NCBI GenBank assembly: GCA_040219255.1
Contig: JAVJSW010000020.1
Coordinates: forward strand, 1 to 30,341
Source of the DNA: Sumerlaeia bacterium
GTDB taxonomy: Bacteria > Sumerlaeota > Sumerlaeia > SLMS01 > JAHLLQ01
DNA: 30,341 nt
Direction of reading: 5' to 3'
The first letter of the stretch is position 1. Each line of letters starts with the position of its first letter. Below are positions 26,906 through 30,341 of the stretch, in pieces. The translations under genes and the position numbers were made by a program. The notes below the pieces were generated by a model that was not told the DNA's origin, made no database searches, and was given only the letters and a program-made list of their open reading frames with translations.

Positions 26906-28720
26906 TCACCGATAACGGCTCGCCTGCACCTCGAACATCTCGGCGTAAATCCCGCCCCGCGCCACCAATTCGTCGTGCGATCCCTCCTCGGCCACGCGCC
27001 CCTCGTGCAGCACATAAATGCGATCGGCGATGCGGACCGACGAGAGGCGATGGCTGATCAGGAGGGCGGCGCGGCCCCGCAGCAGCTCGCGGGCGCGGGC
27101 GAAGAGTTCGGCTTCGGCGCGTGGGTCCAGGGCGCTGCTCGGTTCGTCCAGGACGATGACCTGGGCGTCCTCGCGCAGGAACGCCCGGGCGAGAGCCACC
27201 TTCTGCCATTGGCCCAGGCTCAGCTCGGCGCCGTCCTCCAGGTACTTGCCCAGTGGCGTGTCGTAGCCCCTCGGCAGCCCCCGCAGCACCGGGTCGGCGC
27301 CCGAGTCGCGGGCGGCGGCGGCGATGCGCTCGGCGGGCGGCGGGGGTTCGAGGCCTTCGCCGATGGCGATGTTCTCCGCCGCCGTCATGTCGTAACGGAC
27401 AAAGTCCTGCGTCACGGCCCCGAACAGGCGCCTCAACGGCACCGGGTCGTAGGCCGGGAGCGGCTCGCCGTCCAGGGTGACGCGCCCCTCTTGAGGGTCG
27501 TAAAGCCGCGCCAGGAGGCGGGCCACGGTGGATTTGCCGGCGCCGTTTTCGCCCACCAGGGCCACGATCTCCCCCGGCCCGACGCGGAGGCTGGCGCCAT
27601 CGAGGGCGAAGCGAGTGCTGCCCGGATAGCGAAAGCGCACGTCCTCCAGCGCCAGGCCCCGCGCCATCGGCCTGGGCACCGGCAGCGGGCTAGCGGGGCG
27701 GCGGATGCGCGGTTCCTGCGCCAGGAAATCGCGGAACAACGCCAGGAAGAGTTGGTTTTCATAAAGCATGGCCCCGCCCCGCAGCAGGTCCGCCAGCGAG
27801 GTCTGGCCCCGCTGGATCGCCCCCAGCACCAGCACCAGGGTGCCCAGCGTGATGGCCCCCGCGGCGGTATCGCGCACCGCCCACCAGAGGAGGGCGAAGA
27901 CCACGGCGACGGCCGCGAGCTGGGCCGCGAAGTCGGCCGCCGCGCGCCGGCCGTGGAGCGACAAGCGCTCGCGGAAGAGCTGGCGCCGCAGGGTTCGGAA
28001 CCGCTCGGCGAAGGTCCCGCCCAGGCCGTACAGGCGCACCTCCTGGGCATAGCGCGTCAGCCGCAGCAGCATGTCGTAGTAATCCGCCCGGCGTTCCGTG
28101 GCGGCTTGCCGCCGCGCCAGATCGTAGCCCCGCCGCGAGTACCACAGCCGAACCGCCAGCCCCGGCACCCCCGCCAACGCCAGCAGCGGCACCGCCTCCC
28201 ATCGCCATTGCCCGATCAGCACCGCCAGGCCGGCCACCGTGATGCCCGTGCGGGCGGTCTGGGCCAGCCCCGTCACGATCTGCAGGGGTTTCGTCAGGGC
28301 CTGGGTCTGGGCCAGGCGCAGATTGTCGAAATGGGCGGGGTCTTCGAAGAAGGCCAGGTCGAGCGCCACCGACTGGGCGTGGACCCGCGCGCAGAGATCG
28401 TCGGTGACGAAGTGGGCCTGGGCCTGCTGCACCACACCCGCCAGCGCCGACACCAGGAAGCCGGCCGCCAGCACGCCCGCCAGCGCGGCAAGCAGCAGGC
28501 CGGCGCGCGGCGCCTCGCCGCCCTCAATGGCCCGCGTCAGCTCGTCCACCAGCAGTTTCGCCAGCGCCAGCGCCGCCAGGGGCAGGAGGCCCTGGAGCAG
28601 GAGCAGAGCGCCATTGGCGAGAAAGAGGCGGGGCGCGGGACGCCAGACGAGGCGGATCGCGTAAAGCAGGGAATAAAAAAAACGCTTCCCTTTTGGGGAA
28701 GCGGAAAAAAGTGAGGTCAT
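26906..28720 (-). CDS. ABC exporter, fused permease/ATPase, probable RiPP (lasso peptide) transporter
   Basis: N-terminal TM domain, Walker A GENGAGKST, Q-loop, signature LSLGQWQK, Walker B IVLDEPSS, ISHRLS. Starts 42 nt after the precursor stop. Confidence 0.9.
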   Translation of the reverse strand: MTSLFSASPKGKRFFYSLLYAIRLVWRPAPRLFLANGALLLLQGLLPLAALALAKLLVDELTRAIEGGEAPRAGLLLAALAGVLAAGFLVSALAGVVQQAQAHFVTDDLCARVHAQSVALDLAFFEDPAHFDNLRLAQTQALTKPLQIVTGLAQTARTGITVAGLAVLIGQWRWEAVPLLALAGVPGLAVRLWYSRRGYDLARRQAATERRADYYDMLLRLTRYAQEVRLYGLGGTFAERFRTLRRQLFRERLSLHGRRAAADFAAQLAAVAVVFALLWWAVRDTAAGAITLGTLVLVLGAIQRGQTSLADLLRGGAMLYENQLFLALFRDFLAQEPRIRRPASPLPVPRPMARGLALEDVRFRYPGSTRFALDGASLRVGPGEIVALVGENGAGKSTVARLLARLYDPQEGRVTLDGEPLPAYDPVPLRRLFGAVTQDFVRYDMTAAENIAIGEGLEPPPPAERIAAAARDSGADPVLRGLPRGYDTPLGKYLEDGAELSLGQWQKVALARAFLREDAQVIVLDEPSSALDPRAEAELFARARELLRGRAALLISHRLSSVRIADRIYVLHEGRVAEEGSHDELVARGGIYAEMFEVQASRYR

Positions 28721-28762
28721 GGCGCGGGGACGTTCAGCGGGGATTGCCTCCGCCGGTGCGGC

Positions 28763-28936
28763 TTAGCTGGTGATATCGCCCAGCGGATCGGGATCCGTTG
28801 GGTCGATGGGGGTCCCGATCGGCACGTCGATCTTGGTCCGGTTGTTGTTCATCATCGTCAGCTCAGCCACGTTCCCATGCTTCACGAGAATGGGAGCTGC
28901 GTAGGCCTTCTTGGCAGTGGCTTCGGGGGTATTCAT
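28763..28936 (-). CDS. Lasso-type RiPP precursor 1 (57 aa; not in ORF track)
   Basis: Translated by hand: MNTPEATAKKAYAAPILVKHGNVAELTM|MNNNRTKIDVPIGTPIDPTDPDPLGDITS*. Leader Y-17, P-14, L-12, G-8, T-2; Asp at core position 9. Confidence 0.85.
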   Translation of the reverse strand: MNTPEATAKKAYAAPILVKHGNVAELTMMNNNRTKIDVPIGTPIDPTDPDPLGDITS

Positions 28937-29222
28937 GTGGACACCGTTCGTTTGGGGTATCGTTACGAGCGATTATTTACGGAATTTCACGGAGGAGTGT
29001 AAAGCGGGAAAAATGTCATGCCACAACTGGCGCGCATTTTTCCCGGAAACTCCGCGAAAAAATCCCAACGCATCCCAATCGGGGACGCGCTTCGCCTAAC
29101 GATTACGCCTCAGACGGCGTCCTTGTCAACCGGGCAATGCCCCGGCGGCGTTCACAAAACTTGGAATCCGGCACCTCGCTCGTCTTCTCCGGCGGAGACA
29201 CGCCGGCTTCTTGTCACGAATC

Positions 29223-29301
29223 GCGACCCTCCCCTTTCGGGGGGGGCTGCGGGTCGCTGGGAAAAACGGGTCGGGGTTCGCTTTGCGGGGAAAGCCCCGC
29301 A
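29223..29301 (-). terminator. Two hairpins downstream of precursor 2 (stabiliser or attenuating terminator)
   Basis: TGCGGGG-CTTT-CCCCGCA (29284-29301) and GCGACCC..CCCC-GAAA-GGGG.GGGTCGC (29223-29257). Confidence 0.45.
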
Positions 29302-29309
29302 GGCGCGGT

Positions 29310-29483
29310 TCAACTGGTGATATCGCCGAGCGGATCCGGAGAGTCGAGGTCGATGGGCGTACCCACGGGCACGTCGACCTTCGTTCGGTTATTGTTCATC
29401 CTCGTCAACTCGGCGATCTTGCCGTGCTTCAGGAGAACGGGAGCCCGGTAGGCTTTTTTGAGGGGTGCTTGGAGAGTCTTCAT
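29310..29483 (-). CDS. Lasso-type RiPP precursor 2 (57 aa)
   Basis: C-terminal part of track ORF 29310..29879: MKTLQAPLKKAYRAPVLLKHGKIAELTR|MNNNRTKVDVPVGTPIDLDSPDPLGDITS*. Same length and leader motif as precursor 1. Confidence 0.85.
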   Translation of the reverse strand: MKTLQAPLKKAYRAPVLLKHGKIAELTRMNNNRTKVDVPVGTPIDLDSPDPLGDITS

Positions 29484-29902
29484 TTCGACACCATCCAGGG
29501 TGGGCATCGGGACTACGAAAAATCGTGGAATTTTCGGCTCATGCTCTATGGGAGAAGTGCGCAAATCGCCGGGCCTGCGCCCCTCGATACGGCACTCCTC
29601 AGCCAAACGTTCTACCAGAAGCCACCGTCCCCACCAAGAAGAATCGCCTTTCTCGTCTAAGCCCATCGTTCTCAAGAACCCGCGAGCCCCCATGGGGCGA
29701 TGCGAAAAAAGGGACGTTTTTTTTGCAATTTTCCACCCGCTCCGGCGTCTATAGTAGGTGAAGGGAGTCCGCCGGAGAAAAGTCTCACGGCTGCTCAGCG
29801 GCGTGTGGATTTCGCCGGTGGACTCGCAACCTGTCTTGTAACATCCGCCGCTTTCGGGCGTCATGACACCGAACGGCACTTCTCCCGGAAGGAGATCTCC
29901 CT

Positions 29903-30341
29903 ATGACACGCCGCGGCCCTCGGGCCTTCACCCTCATCGAACTTCTCATCACTGTCGCCATCATCGCCATTCTGGCGGCCATCGCCGTGCCCAACTTTCT
30001 CGAAGCCCAAACCCGCGCCAAGGTCAGCCGCGTCAAGAACGACCTGCGCACCCTGGCCACCAGCATCGAAGCCTACACCGTCGACAACAACCGCCCGCCC
30101 TACGATGGCGAGCCGGGCACCGATCATTATGGCTGGGCCTCGATCTTCGCCCAGGTCACCACGCCGGTCGCCTACCTGACCACCATCCCGACCGATGTTT
30201 TCCAGGACGACGGCCTGCCCGACGCCGCCCGCCCGGGCCAGAGCAACTACGTCAACGGCCGCCACTCCTACGATTACGCCACGGCCTACTGGGAGGACCT
30301 TGACGGGATCGCTGGCAAGGTCCTAGATCGGAAGAGCACAC
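29903..30341 (+). CDS. Prepilin-type N-terminal cleavage/methylation domain protein (partial, runs off window)
   Basis: GGAAGGAG RBS; MTRRGPRA|FTLIELLITVAIIAILAAIAVPNFLEAQTRAKVSRVKNDLRTLATSIEAYTVDNN...VTTPVAYLTTIPTDVF. No stop before the edge. Confidence 0.9.
   Translation, partial: MTRRGPRAFTLIELLITVAIIAILAAIAVPNFLEAQTRAKVSRVKNDLRTLATSIEAYTVDNNRPPYDGEPGTDHYGWASIFAQVTTPVAYLTTIPTDVFQDDGLPDAARPGQSNYVNGRHSYDYATAYWEDLDGIAGKVLDRKST

Noticed and set aside
29484-29879. N-terminal 132 aa of track ORF 29310..29879
   Set aside because: The paralogue at 28763-28936 and the shared upstream motif fix the start at 29483; the extension is low-quality intergenic read-through.
29863-30303. 146-aa plus-strand ORF in the track
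   Set aside because: Wrong frame; the prepilin frame starting at 29903 has an RBS and clear motifs.

Overview
High-GC bacterial chromosome segment, probably Candidatus Sumerlaeota/BRC1-like (inferred from the style of the prepilin-type protein). Housekeeping genes are leuC/leuD (split by an unknown membrane-anchored gene), a YrbG-type Ca2+/Na+ antiporter, serB, rlmN and purU. Four features stand out. (1) The 5' end of a group IIC intron sits directly behind the leuD terminator (1-139, minus strand). (2) A probable replication origin at ~7160-7645 has about a dozen DnaA-box-like sites and a tandem box-GGCC-DnaA-trio unwinding module, with no dnaA in the window. (3) Four tandem, translationally coupled Uma2/DUF820 PD-(D/E)XK nuclease-fold genes have near-identical frameworks and hypervariable centres. 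(4) Two paralogous 57-aa lasso-type RiPP precursors have canonical leaders, an unusual Met1...Asp9 acidic core ending in Ser, and a downstream ABC exporter, but no cyclase, peptidase or RRE gene nearby. One precursor is missing from the ORF track and the other is buried in a longer ORF. The window also encodes large secreted repeat proteins, a PLD-family nuclease-like protein, an orphan antitoxin-like ORF, a PrsW-family protease and a DUF547 protein. All family calls come from motif recognition; no searches were run.
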